Shown: positions 9,949 to 17,331, counted from the first letter of the stretch. The stretch is DNA of 64,000 bases from a virus (IMGVR_UViG_3300042914_003231:1-64000), one strand, 5' to 3'. Notes: generated by a model not told the origin, from the sequence alone. Program-made: numbers and translations.

Positions 9949-10404
9949 TTATTTGTGTAAATAGTATCTCCATTCACTGGATCCTCCAGCTTCAGAGAAT
10001 ACAAACTTTGTACTGGTCAGTTGAATAATAGGAAAAGTGGAAGTGCTAAGTTCAAAATACCCGGCATTAGGTGCTTTCCAAGAATACTTTTTTAAGTTAC
10101 ACCATATATGTCCATCATCTACATTGTAAAAACCGGTTGAGTTGTTTATATAATCAGTATCATAAAACTGCATCCTACAAGAGGTTGTATTACTTGATAC
10201 AGATACACTCTGCCTTATGTTATTGTCATACCTTACAACAGAGTCCAATAACCATAAACCTAATAAGCTTTGTTCTTGAGCTGTTAGATTGTTATTACTG
10301 TTGTTCTGATTGGTAGAAGGTGATGGATTAGTAGTCGGTGCTGGTGAGTTCTTATTGCAGGCCATCATTACAATCAGGCTTAGCAAGCAAAATAGTTTTT
10401 TCAT
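9949..10404 (-). CDS. lipoprotein
   Basis: MKKLFCLLSLIVMMAC lipobox-like signal followed by an N/S/T/P-rich linker. Confidence 0.55.
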   Translation of the reverse strand: MKKLFCLLSLIVMMACNKNSPAPTTNPSPSTNQNNSNNNLTAQEQSLLGLWLLDSVVRYDNNIRQSVSVSSNTTSCRMQFYDTDYINNSTGFYNVDDGHIWCNLKKYSWKAPNAGYFELSTSTFPIIQLTSTKFVFSEAGGSSEWRYYLHK

Positions 10405-10424
10405 TTGAGTTGTTGTTTAATTGG

Positions 10425-10643
10425 TTAATAAATTACTCCACATTTCTTACACTTAGTATGTCCGTGATTGGATTCACCCCATTCATGTACACATGTAGAA
10501 GGAGCTGGTGTATCTTGTTTAAGTTCATAGTTCTCATTTATTAGACTGATAATTACATCAGCTGAGGCTTCTGGAGTTCTGTCTCCATTCTCCACGGCTC
10601 TTAATAGCTTGCGAAGATAGTCTCTTTGAATATGTGTTGCCAT
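10425..10643 (-). CDS. small protein with C-terminal zinc-ribbon-like Cys/His cluster
   Basis: CVHEWGESNHGHTKCKKCGVIY at the C-terminus; AACTCAA leader. Confidence 0.4.
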   Translation of the reverse strand: MATHIQRDYLRKLLRAVENGDRTPEASADVIISLINENYELKQDTPAPSTCVHEWGESNHGHTKCKKCGVIY

Positions 10644-11021
10644 AGTTTGAGTTGATTTTAGAGTTGATTAATAAAATGAGAGGGCTTTCTTTCGGTACCC
10701 TCTCTGACTTTACCTGCTTGCTAAGACTTTACTGTTGGCTCTCACATCCCAAAGCTATAAGGGAAAGGCACATGTTGTGTGTTTTCATACCTGGTCTTAA
10801 CCTGTTGATAGTACAACAGTGGTAGGCCCCAGTACACGCCTACTCTAATTCCGGTTATTGTATCAGCCGGTAGATTGTTAATAGATAGGTTCCCCATAAA
10901 GGGTTGGAAGTCAAAACGCTACACTTCCCGCCAGGGTGCGACCCTGTGTTTTCATCGAATGCCATGCTAAAGACCTAGAGGCGACCACCGTTACTAGATC
11001 TAGAGTTGATGCTAGAGTATA
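10644..11021. other. non-coding island (about 380 nt), GC-richer, several hairpins
   Basis: no ORF; hairpins gagggc...gccctc and cagggtgcgaccctg followed by a T-run. Confidence 0.3.
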
Positions 11022-11576
11022 TTAGAGTTCAAGTAATTTGTTGATATACAATACCATCTCCTTGTAAGTGATCAAGTGATTACCCAAGTATCTTTTGATC
11101 TTAGGCCACTCAGCCTTATACTTCTCATACATAGAGGAATTCTCTAGTAATGAGTACTTTATGTTTGCGATGATATCGCAGAGCTTAACAAACACAGCTA
11201 GTTCATTCTCGACTAGTGTCCGGTAGAACTCTTCATTCTTTCTTTCGGCCCTGTTCCTACCCCTCATCTCAGTACATAAGAAAATGATCTCGGCTAATTC
11301 TTCAGCCTCCTGTTGTGCCATTCCCTTCTTCCTACCTATCTCTATGATATCATTGTATGTAACCCGAGCATCTTCGATCATATCATGACCATAGCAAGCT
11401 GCCTTGACTAAGAACAGTTTATCTCCCGGTATTAGATGACTGAACTTTTTAGCTTGTGCATGCACATAGTGCAAGTGTTGGGAATAAGGTAGAACCTTAG
11501 CATACTTCTGGTTACATACCTCATCATGCCGGCTCATACACCAGTCCCTAAAGTATTCAAATGTTATAATATCCAT
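11022..11576 (-). CDS. HD-domain metal-dependent phosphohydrolase
   Basis: H...GHDMIED motif (HD then ED) as in SpoT/RelA-type HD hydrolases. Confidence 0.5.
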   Translation of the reverse strand: MDIITFEYFRDWCMSRHDEVCNQKYAKVLPYSQHLHYVHAQAKKFSHLIPGDKLFLVKAACYGHDMIEDARVTYNDIIEIGRKKGMAQQEAEELAEIIFLCTEMRGRNRAERKNEEFYRTLVENELAVFVKLCDIIANIKYSLLENSSMYEKYKAEWPKIKRYLGNHLITYKEMVLYINKLLEL

Positions 11577-11642
11577 GACTAATGGTTTTAGTAGTTAAAC
11601 AATGGGATGATATGGTATAGGCTCTATGAGAGCTCGTGTTAG

Positions 11643-11858
11643 TTAGTAATTATCAGCCATAGAAGCTAGTATAAGTATTGCACCAATGACTATTAGTATG
11701 ATGGCCAGTGGGAAACATAAGTTCCACCAGCTTAATACAGCTATGGTGACTAGCATAACTCTTGGTTTGATTTCGGTGGCGGTCTCTATATCATATAGAA
11801 TACCTGCTATTATACCTATAAGAGATAGAATAGCAATTGTTAAAATGATCTTGTCCAT
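11643..11858 (-). CDS. small membrane protein
   Basis: 71 aa, two hydrophobic helices. Confidence 0.4.
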   Translation of the reverse strand: MDKIILTIAILSLIGIIAGILYDIETATEIKPRVMLVTIAVLSWWNLCFPLAIILIVIGAILILASMADNY

Positions 11859-12173
11859 GGTTTATAGGTTTAAATGGTTATACAATAAGAGCTGAGTCAG
11901 CCTCGGTTAATATCTTTAAAGCTGTGGTGATCCTTTCCTACCTATATAAGGATATAGTAATAGGTATAGATATAGAGATAGTAGTATATAGGGTAATATC
12001 TTTAAGCAAGTAAACCTATTAGGTTTATTAGCTATATGGTGCACGCTCGCCTAAAGGGTGATTGAGGGCTTATTGATCATGGTATCAAAGTGTTGTAGGG
12101 AGTTCACCCCACCTCATGCACACTCTTTTCTTACACATTATCAACTAGTTAGCTGGTTTTTTGTTTGCTTTAG

Positions 12174-12356
12174 ACCTGATGAGATCTATTCAACCGGTGT
12201 TATTCTCCCTATATATAGAGATAAGATAACCACCAAGTACTAAACCTGACACAACTATGCGAAGAAATATTCAAAGTGTTTGTCCTATATATAGGGAAAC
12301 ATCTACCAACTATACCATAGACCTGATAAGACTATGCGAAGACTATTTAAAAACAC
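12174..12356. repeat. three degenerate direct repeats of about 50-55 bp (iteron-like)
   Basis: each copy begins acctga and carries actatgcgaaga and/or cctatatatag(g); an AT-rich tata tract lies upstream at 11935-12010. Confidence 0.55.
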
Positions 12357-12369
12357 AGTAGATACCAAG

Positions 12370-12416
12370 AAAAGAAAAAGAAAAGGAACATAGGGATATT
12401 ACTCCCTATATTCCTC
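12370..12416 (-). terminator. rho-independent terminator for the 12434-12883 gene
   Basis: hairpin agggatattactccct, then a T-rich stretch in the minus-strand reading direction. Confidence 0.45.
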
Positions 12417-12433
12417 TGTCCCCTCTTTATCTC

Positions 12434-12883
12434 CTACATTTTGTCAACACCGCCTTTAACAGCCGCATTCTTTGCTTGCAACTTGGCAATGTTAGCTGAG
12501 CGATTGCTAGCCAATGTGCCTGCAAAACGCTTTAGTTCAGCAAGCTTATCTTGTGCATAAGCTGCTTTGGTAGCCTCATCAGCACCGCTGATTAAGTCGG
12601 CCAATTGCTTCTCTACTGAGTTATCAGTAAACCAGATGATTTCTCCTGAAGCACTTACTGTACGCTCCAATGTTGCCGAAGTACCATACTTAACAGCGGC
12701 TTTTGCTGTGAAGTGGATTAATGGGTTGCCCTCATCGTCCTGACTGTCAATACCTTTAGCCAATTGGTCTTGGCGGTATTGTTCTGCACCCTCGCCAGTT
12801 ACCTTGTAACTAACCATTGGTGTTCCTGTTTCCTTAGCTTTGTAAGGATTTGGGTTGCTGATTGTGATTGTTTTCTTTTCCAT
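12434..12883 (-). CDS. hypothetical protein
   Basis: 149-aa ORF; CCAACTCAAA leader directly before the ATG. Confidence 0.55.
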   Translation of the reverse strand: MEKKTITISNPNPYKAKETGTPMVSYKVTGEGAEQYRQDQLAKGIDSQDDEGNPLIHFTAKAAVKYGTSATLERTVSASGEIIWFTDNSVEKQLADLISGADEATKAAYAQDKLAELKRFAGTLASNRSANIAKLQAKNAAVKGGVDKM

Positions 12884-12930
12884 TTTGAGTTGGTTTTTAA
12901 GTTATGACATTATTGTCAAGGTAGTTAATG

Positions 12931-12962
12931 GGATACAAGAGAAAGAAGATACAAGAGAAAGA
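12931..12962. repeat. 16-bp tandem repeat gatacaagagaaagaa x2
   Basis: overlaps the first copy of the atgggata motif. Confidence 0.7.
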
Positions 12963-13375
12963 ATACACACAGAAGAATGCACACAGGTAGCCATTGCTAT
13001 CCCATGTGCATGTCCATGACAACAAAGAACGATCACCTCAAGTCGAGGCAAATAGACCCATTGATCTTAACCACTGATTTCTTCAGTGATCTGGCCAGTG
13101 TGGTGGCTGAGTCTAATGATGGATATTGTGCTATATATTGTAGCACATGTTTGCTACTAGCCTTATCCCACACTTGTTTAAATACCTGATACATAAGCCT
13201 TTATTTAAGTTAGTTAATGTGATACTACAGCCATAACTATGGCCGAGTCAATAACAGCAAGCCAAAGCATTGCTATTATTTTTTTGATTACTGTCCAGTC
13301 CTTTGCATCAGATAATGCAACACCTAGACCTAATGATAGTGTTATCATAGCTTTAAGTTTTTGAATAACAGTGGA

Positions 13376-13579
13376 TTATTCTCCACTGTTATTTGAGTTA
13401 TCTTTATCCCAAGCATTGTGTCCTGCAATGCTGTTAGAGATGGTGCCGTCTATATTTCTATAGAATGACTGTTTACCTGTGTATCCTTCTTTAGGAGTGA
13501 ATGCTGGTCTTTGCTTTACAGGAGACTTGGTCTCTACTGATGGCACTTGCATGAAGCCGATTACTGGTACATTTCTCAT
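13376..13579 (-). CDS. hypothetical small protein
   Basis: 67-aa ORF, last of the leftward block. Confidence 0.3.
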   Translation of the reverse strand: MRNVPVIGFMQVPSVETKSPVKQRPAFTPKEGYTGKQSFYRNIDGTISNSIAGHNAWDKDNSNNSGE

Positions 13580-13740
13580 ATGATGTTGGTTTGTGTTAAA
13601 ATAATGATCAAGTGCTACAGGGTGTACATTCCCTGCTCACTATTCTAGGACTCCCTCTCGTAGGTGTATTAAGTAGTAGCCACGACTGGCCTTACTCCCC
13701 CGAATAGTCTCTCAGGATTTCTCCTGTCTTGAGCACTTGA

Positions 13741-13957
13741 TCAATCAAGTTGATGGGATAAAGAAGAAAGAATAGAGTAAGGTGATGAGTGGATCTCTCC
13801 ACTCGCGGCCTTATATAGTTTGTCGTTGCCCTACACATGCAACTATTAAGTATGCAGGGATCGTCCTTGGTTGGCTACATGCTCAAGGATGCATGGATGA
13901 CATGATACCATCTCATCAATCAAGTTCATGGGATAAAAAAAGACAGAACTTTTTCTC
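13741..13957. repeat. two copies of the 25-nt motif tcaatcaagtt(g/c)atgggataaa in the divergent region
   Basis: 13741-13765 and 13925-13949 match at 24 of 25 positions; a related copy gttaatgggatacaaga lies at 12924. Confidence 0.7.
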
Positions 13958-14012
13958 CAAGGAAAAAAGTTTCTTACCAGGCTGAATTAGGAAAATGTTT
14001 TTTTCAGACCCT

Positions 14013-14058
14013 GGGGGTAGGGGGTACTATGAAACACGGGGGGAGGTTGTTGGGGAGG
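14013..14058 (+). other. G-run tract with G-quadruplex potential
   Basis: GGGGG-ta-GGGGG-13 nt-GGGGGG-a-GG-ttgtt-GGGG-a-GG inside an otherwise AT-rich genome. Confidence 0.4.
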
Positions 14059-14140
14059 ACCCAATCCACAAACACTATTATGTAAAATACCCACCCCGGG
14101 ATATTATATTCTATTGATCAGGTATTGCTTATCTTAGAAT

Positions 14141-14902
14141 TTGAGTTATATTTGTCCTATGAAAAAAAGTACAATATGGGTTATTGTGGGACTGATAGGA
14201 GTCTTGCTTATTACCCTGGCTTGGATTATGATTTATTCTAAGCCTAAACCTATTCCGGATATAAAAAATGGAGTAACCTATCATAAGATTTATAATCATA
14301 CTAAGGATTCGGTATTGGTATGGGTTACTTTGGGGGCAACCCCGGGGTGTCTGCAGGATGTGACTAAGATACCTTTTGTTACTTCTGGATCAGGGTTAGT
14401 AGGATCCTTCTACCTAGCAGCTGGTGATTCTACTATTTGGTATGCACCGGACTCAGTTGGATTCAATGGAGTATTTAGCTTTAATTATCAGCCAGATAAC
14501 TGCCCAGCTCCTACGTATCCTAACGGTATTAACCAGTATGAGTTTATAGTGAACAATGCATTCCAAGCAGGACAACCTCAAGAGAGTATCAATATCTCAT
14601 GTGTTCATGGGGTGAACTGTGTTATTCGTGTAGATATAATTACTAGTAATCCATTTAATGCCGGCTCTAAAGTTCCTGTTGTGGAAAGCTTTGCTAATAC
14701 ACTTGATCGGAATCAACTTGGTATCCCTGGTGTATACCCGTATGCGTGCACACATTGTACAGACTACATAGGAGCCCCCGGCTGTATCTCTACTCCTCAG
14801 CCTGTTTCTAAAGAACAAATCTGCCAGGTACAAAGACCAGCTAACCAATCAGGAGGAATGATAAAAGTTATATATTTAGGAAATGAAGAACCTGCAAAAT
14901 AA
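14141..14902 (+). CDS. membrane-anchored Cys-containing protein
   Basis: N-terminal TM helix; first gene of the rightward block. Confidence 0.55.
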   Translation: MSYICPMKKSTIWVIVGLIGVLLITLAWIMIYSKPKPIPDIKNGVTYHKIYNHTKDSVLVWVTLGATPGCLQDVTKIPFVTSGSGLVGSFYLAAGDSTIWYAPDSVGFNGVFSFNYQPDNCPAPTYPNGINQYEFIVNNAFQAGQPQESINISCVHGVNCVIRVDIITSNPFNAGSKVPVVESFANTLDRNQLGIPGVYPYACTHCTDYIGAPGCISTPQPVSKEQICQVQRPANQSGGMIKVIYLGNEEPAK

Positions 14903-14903
14903 A

Positions 14904-14936
14904 TTTGCATAATTAAAAAAACTATATTATATTTGT
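14904..14936 (+). promoter_or_regulatory. candidate Bacteroidota-type promoter (TTTG -33 box, 21-nt spacer, TATATTTG -7 box)
   Basis: matches the TTTG-N19-21-TAnnTTTG consensus; located upstream of the tRNA array. Confidence 0.3.
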
Positions 14937-15047
14937 AACATGAAACTGTTTTTCTTATCGTTTAGTTGTTTATGGTATCTCTCACAAGGAGGCAGCCCGG
15001 GCATTTCATGATAGGTTTTTCATAGTTAAACATGATTAATTGACAAA

Positions 15048-15078
15048 ATCCCTGGGCTGATTACCCGGGGATTTTTTT
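15048..15078 (+). terminator. rho-independent terminator
   Basis: 9-bp stem atccctggg/cccggggat followed by a run of 8 T. Confidence 0.55.
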
Positions 15079-15151
15079 TGGACTCATAGCTCAGTAGGTA
15101 GAGCGCAGGACTGAAAATCCTGCCGCACTGGTTCGATTCCAGTTGAGTCCA
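15079..15151 (+). tRNA. tRNA-Phe (GAA)
   Basis: acceptor ggactca/tgagtcc, anticodon loop cuGAAaa, T-loop ggttcgattcc. Confidence 0.8.
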
Positions 15152-15156
15152 CACAA

Positions 15157-15239
15157 GCCGACACTGTAGAGTGGGAGATCTACACCAGACTGTAAATCTG
15201 GAGTCTTAGACTTTGGGAGTTCGAATCTCTCTGGCGGCA
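15157..15239 (+). tRNA. tRNA-Tyr (GTA), long variable arm
   Basis: anticodon stem ccaga/tctgg with loop ctGTAaa; one acceptor mismatch. Confidence 0.7.
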
Positions 15240-15244
15240 CAAAA

Positions 15245-15331
15245 GGAAGGTTGGCAGAGCCTGGCCGATTGCACCAGTCTTGAAAACTGGAGGTCCCTTG
15301 GATCCGTGAGTTCGAATCTCACACCTTCCTC
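15245..15331 (+). tRNA. tRNA-Ser (TGA), long variable arm
   Basis: acceptor ggaaggt/accttcc; loop ctTGAaa. Confidence 0.75.
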
Positions 15332-15333
15332 AA

Positions 15334-15371
15334 CATGCATAGAAAAATGCACTTTTCTATACATGTTTTTT
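15334..15371 (+). terminator. rho-independent terminator inside the tRNA array
   Basis: 13-bp stem catgcatagaaaa/ttttctatacatg followed by TTTTTT. Confidence 0.55.
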
Positions 15372-15392
15372 GAAAGTGCATAAAAACTATAC

Positions 15393-15440
15393 ATCTCTAG
15401 CTCAACTGGCGGAGCAGCGGTCTCCAAAACCATAAAGCAG
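15393..15440 (+). pseudogene. truncated tRNA-Trp-like fragment (D-arm plus anticodon arm only)
   Basis: tagctcaactggcggagc D-arm and ggtctccaaaacc shared with the intact tRNA-Trp downstream; no T-arm or acceptor 3' strand. Confidence 0.45.
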
Positions 15441-15469
15441 TTTGGATACTGAAGTAAAAACATGTATAT

Positions 15470-15817
15470 TTGTACATGCCTTCAAAAAATAAAGAAATAC
15501 TAAAAAAGCATAGAGATGCTTGGTATAAAAAGAATAAAAAAAAACAGATTACTAACCAGCTTGAAAAAAGACAGGAATTAAAGAAATGGTTTCAGGAATA
15601 TAAGAGATCATTATCTTGTAAAGAGTGTGGATTTAGCTTTGAATTATTTCCAGAATGTTGTGATTTCCATCACAGAGATGGAGATACAAAGAAAGATGTA
15701 GTAAGCAGATTGCTACCAATGGGAATAAAAGCACTAAAGAAAGAGATTGAAAAATGTGATCCTCTTTGTGCTAATTGTCATAGAAAGCTCCATGCAAAAT
15801 TAGAATATACAGGTTAG
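15470..15817 (+). CDS. HNH homing endonuclease
   Basis: CDFHHRDGD...N...LCANCHRKLH HNH motif. Confidence 0.8.
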   Translation: MYMPSKNKEILKKHRDAWYKKNKKKQITNQLEKRQELKKWFQEYKRSLSCKECGFSFELFPECCDFHHRDGDTKKDVVSRLLPMGIKALKKEIEKCDPLCANCHRKLHAKLEYTG

Positions 15818-15880
15818 CTTATTGGAAGCACCAGGTCTCCAAAACCTCGGATGGAAGGAGTTCGATTCTCTTAACCTGTG
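15809..15880 (+). tRNA. tRNA-Trp (CCA)
   Basis: acceptor acaggtt/aacctgt, loop cuCCAaa, T-loop ttcgatt; overlaps the HNH stop codon. Confidence 0.6.
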
Positions 15881-15885
15881 CACAA

Positions 15886-15957
15886 GGTACCGTGGGTGAG
15901 GGGTTTAGCCTCAGGTCTGCAAAACCTGCTACGTCTGTTCGAATCAGACCGGTACCT
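15886..15957 (+). tRNA. tRNA-Cys (GCA)
   Basis: acceptor ggtaccg/cggtacc, anticodon stem caggt/acctg, loop ctGCAaa. Confidence 0.75.
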
Positions 15958-15958
15958 C

Positions 15959-16174
15959 ATGAAAGAGATAGATGAAGAGTTCAACTTACTTCAGTTGTAC
16001 ATCTATGATTGCATCAACCGGATGTGTTTGAATGCATACATAGATAAGACTAAGTGTTCTCATCACCCTTTGTATACTTTTGAAGAATACAAAACGGCAA
16101 TATGGGATCCTTGGACTGGAGAGACTGTAGCAAGTAGAACAAGATGGGCTTTAAATATTAAGCCTTTATTTTAG
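15959..16174 (+). CDS. hypothetical small protein embedded in the tRNA array
   Basis: 71 aa starting at the first ATG after tRNA-Cys; its stop codon abuts tRNA-Ser. Confidence 0.4.
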   Translation: MKEIDEEFNLLQLYIYDCINRMCLNAYIDKTKCSHHPLYTFEEYKTAIWDPWTGETVASRTRWALNIKPLF

Positions 16175-16257
16175 AGAAGTGGCTGAGTGGCTTAAGGCAC
16201 CGCACTGCTAACGCGGAGGATGTAACAGTTCCACCGGTTCGAATCCGGTCTTCTCTG
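16173..16257 (+). tRNA. tRNA-Ser (GCT), long variable arm
   Basis: acceptor agagaag/cttctct; loop ctGCTaa. Confidence 0.7.
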
Positions 16258-16262
16258 CAAAT

Positions 16263-16343
16263 GCCCATATGGTGGAATGGTAGACGCGCTGGTCTTAGGA
16301 ACCAGTACCGTAAGGTATGTAGGTTCGAGTCCTACTATGGGTA
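16263..16343 (+). tRNA. tRNA-Leu (TAG)
   Basis: anticodon stem ctggt/accag, loop ctTAGga, long variable arm. Confidence 0.75.
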
Positions 16344-16348
16344 CATAT

Positions 16349-16431
16349 ACTCCTGTGGTGTAATTGGTAGCCGCGCTAGGCTTAAGACTCAGTGGACTTA
16401 GTCCGTGCCGGTTCGAGTCCGGCCAGGAGTA
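16349..16431 (+). tRNA. tRNA-Leu (TAA)
   Basis: acceptor actcctg/caggagt; loop ctTAAga; long variable arm. Confidence 0.7.
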
Positions 16432-16682
16432 CTTTGCTCACCTGATTAATAAAGTGACCAAAAATTATTACACTGTCTACCAATCAGTTAGACCTTCTGA
16501 AGAAAATATTTTTGGTAGACTCAAACAAACCTATTATATTTGTCTTGCAAATGAAACGCATACAACATATCCAGATGGCCAATACAGGCAGAAATACGGT
16601 GGAGATTAAAGATCCGACCGTGTCCATGGGTGTTGCATGTAGTTTTAGATAAGACATTTTTAGTTAGCTAAACCGCATTAAA

Positions 16683-16709
16683 CCCCTGGACAAGTTCTAG
16701 GGGTTTTTT
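16683..16709 (+). terminator. rho-independent terminator
   Basis: stem cccctgg/ctagggg followed by TTTTTT. Confidence 0.55.
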
Positions 16710-16718
16710 GTTTTACCC

Positions 16719-16791
16719 CGGGATGTAGATCAGTTGGTAGATTGCGTGCTTTGGGAGCATGAGGTCGCAGGTTCGAGCCCTGTCATCCCGA
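16719..16791 (+). tRNA. tRNA-Pro (TGG)
   Basis: acceptor cgggatg/catcccg; loop ttTGGga. Confidence 0.75.
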
Positions 16792-16847
16792 CTAGCAGAA
16801 GTGGTACTCCAGTGCCCGTACTGAAAACCAAACAAAACTGGAGACAT

Positions 16848-16920
16848 GGGGTTCAAGCACAAGCGGACGTGCATTAGCTTTGCAAGCTAGAGGATCTCGG
16901 TTCGAGGCCGAGGAGCTCCA
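16848..16920 (+). tRNA. tRNA-Ala (TGC) with G3:U70
   Basis: acceptor ggggttc/gagctcc carrying the G3:U70 wobble identity pair; D-arm gcac-aagcggac-gtgc; loop ttTGCaa; T-arm ctcgg-ttcgagg-ccgag. Confidence 0.65.
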
Positions 16921-16921
16921 C

Positions 16922-17083
16922 ATGAATGAAGAACTATATAATTGGCTGGAGAAGATGTTTATGTTCTCCAATATCCCTAAGTACAGGAAGTACTTTAAGG
17001 AATGGGTGGACAACATAACTGAAGATCAGATCACCGGTTTTCAGAGAATGATGGGAGCCAACTATAAGATTAAGCAGGAATAG
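16922..17083 (+). CDS. hypothetical small protein embedded in the tRNA array
   Basis: 53 aa, from the first ATG after tRNA-Ala; its stop codon overlaps the start of tRNA-Gly. Confidence 0.35.
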   Translation: MNEELYNWLEKMFMFSNIPKYRKYFKEWVDNITEDQITGFQRMMGANYKIKQE

Positions 17084-17148
17084 CTCATCCTTGGTAGAGC
17101 TCCAGTCTTCCAAACTGGAGGTGGCGAGTTCGAGCCTCGCTTCCTGCT
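17074..17148 (+). tRNA. tRNA-Gly (TCC)
   Basis: acceptor gcaggaa/ttcctgc; loop ctTCCaa. Confidence 0.75.
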
Positions 17149-17331
17149 CACAACTGCAGTGCCCATGTACAGTGGGGGTACAATCACTGCAGGTAGAAGA
17201 GTGCTAAGAAATCCGGTGTTGGGTTAGCTCTGGACACTAAGGTAAGGAGTGGGTAAGGACCACAGTCCCCGTCTAACAGGGACAAAGTTTTGCAAAAGCC
17301 TTCCCTGGGATGGAGCACTCTTCATGATATT

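Noticed and set aside
12058-12243. 61-aa plus-strand ORF (also 12977-13189 plus, 13782-13985 plus, 10071-10544 plus)
   Set aside because: They are isolated ORFs on the opposite strand to all neighbouring genes. They sit inside repeat or non-coding islands with no start-context support.
15206-15463. Minus-strand ORF of 85 aa (also 18502-18705 minus, 16364-16609 plus, 15878 plus N-terminal extension)
   Set aside because: These lie entirely or largely on top of tRNA genes. They are frame artefacts of tRNA sequence.
15393-15880. tRNA-Trp split by an intron carrying the HNH ORF
   Set aside because: The upstream fragment's 5' acceptor strand (catctct) cannot pair with the downstream 3' acceptor strand (aacctgt). 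The downstream copy is a self-contained tRNA.
16432-16678. An additional tRNA or small gene in the 250-nt gap after tRNA-Leu(TAA)
   Set aside because: There is no T-loop (GGTTCRANYC) or acceptor pairing, and no ATG-initiated ORF outside the tRNA overlap. It is left unannotated.
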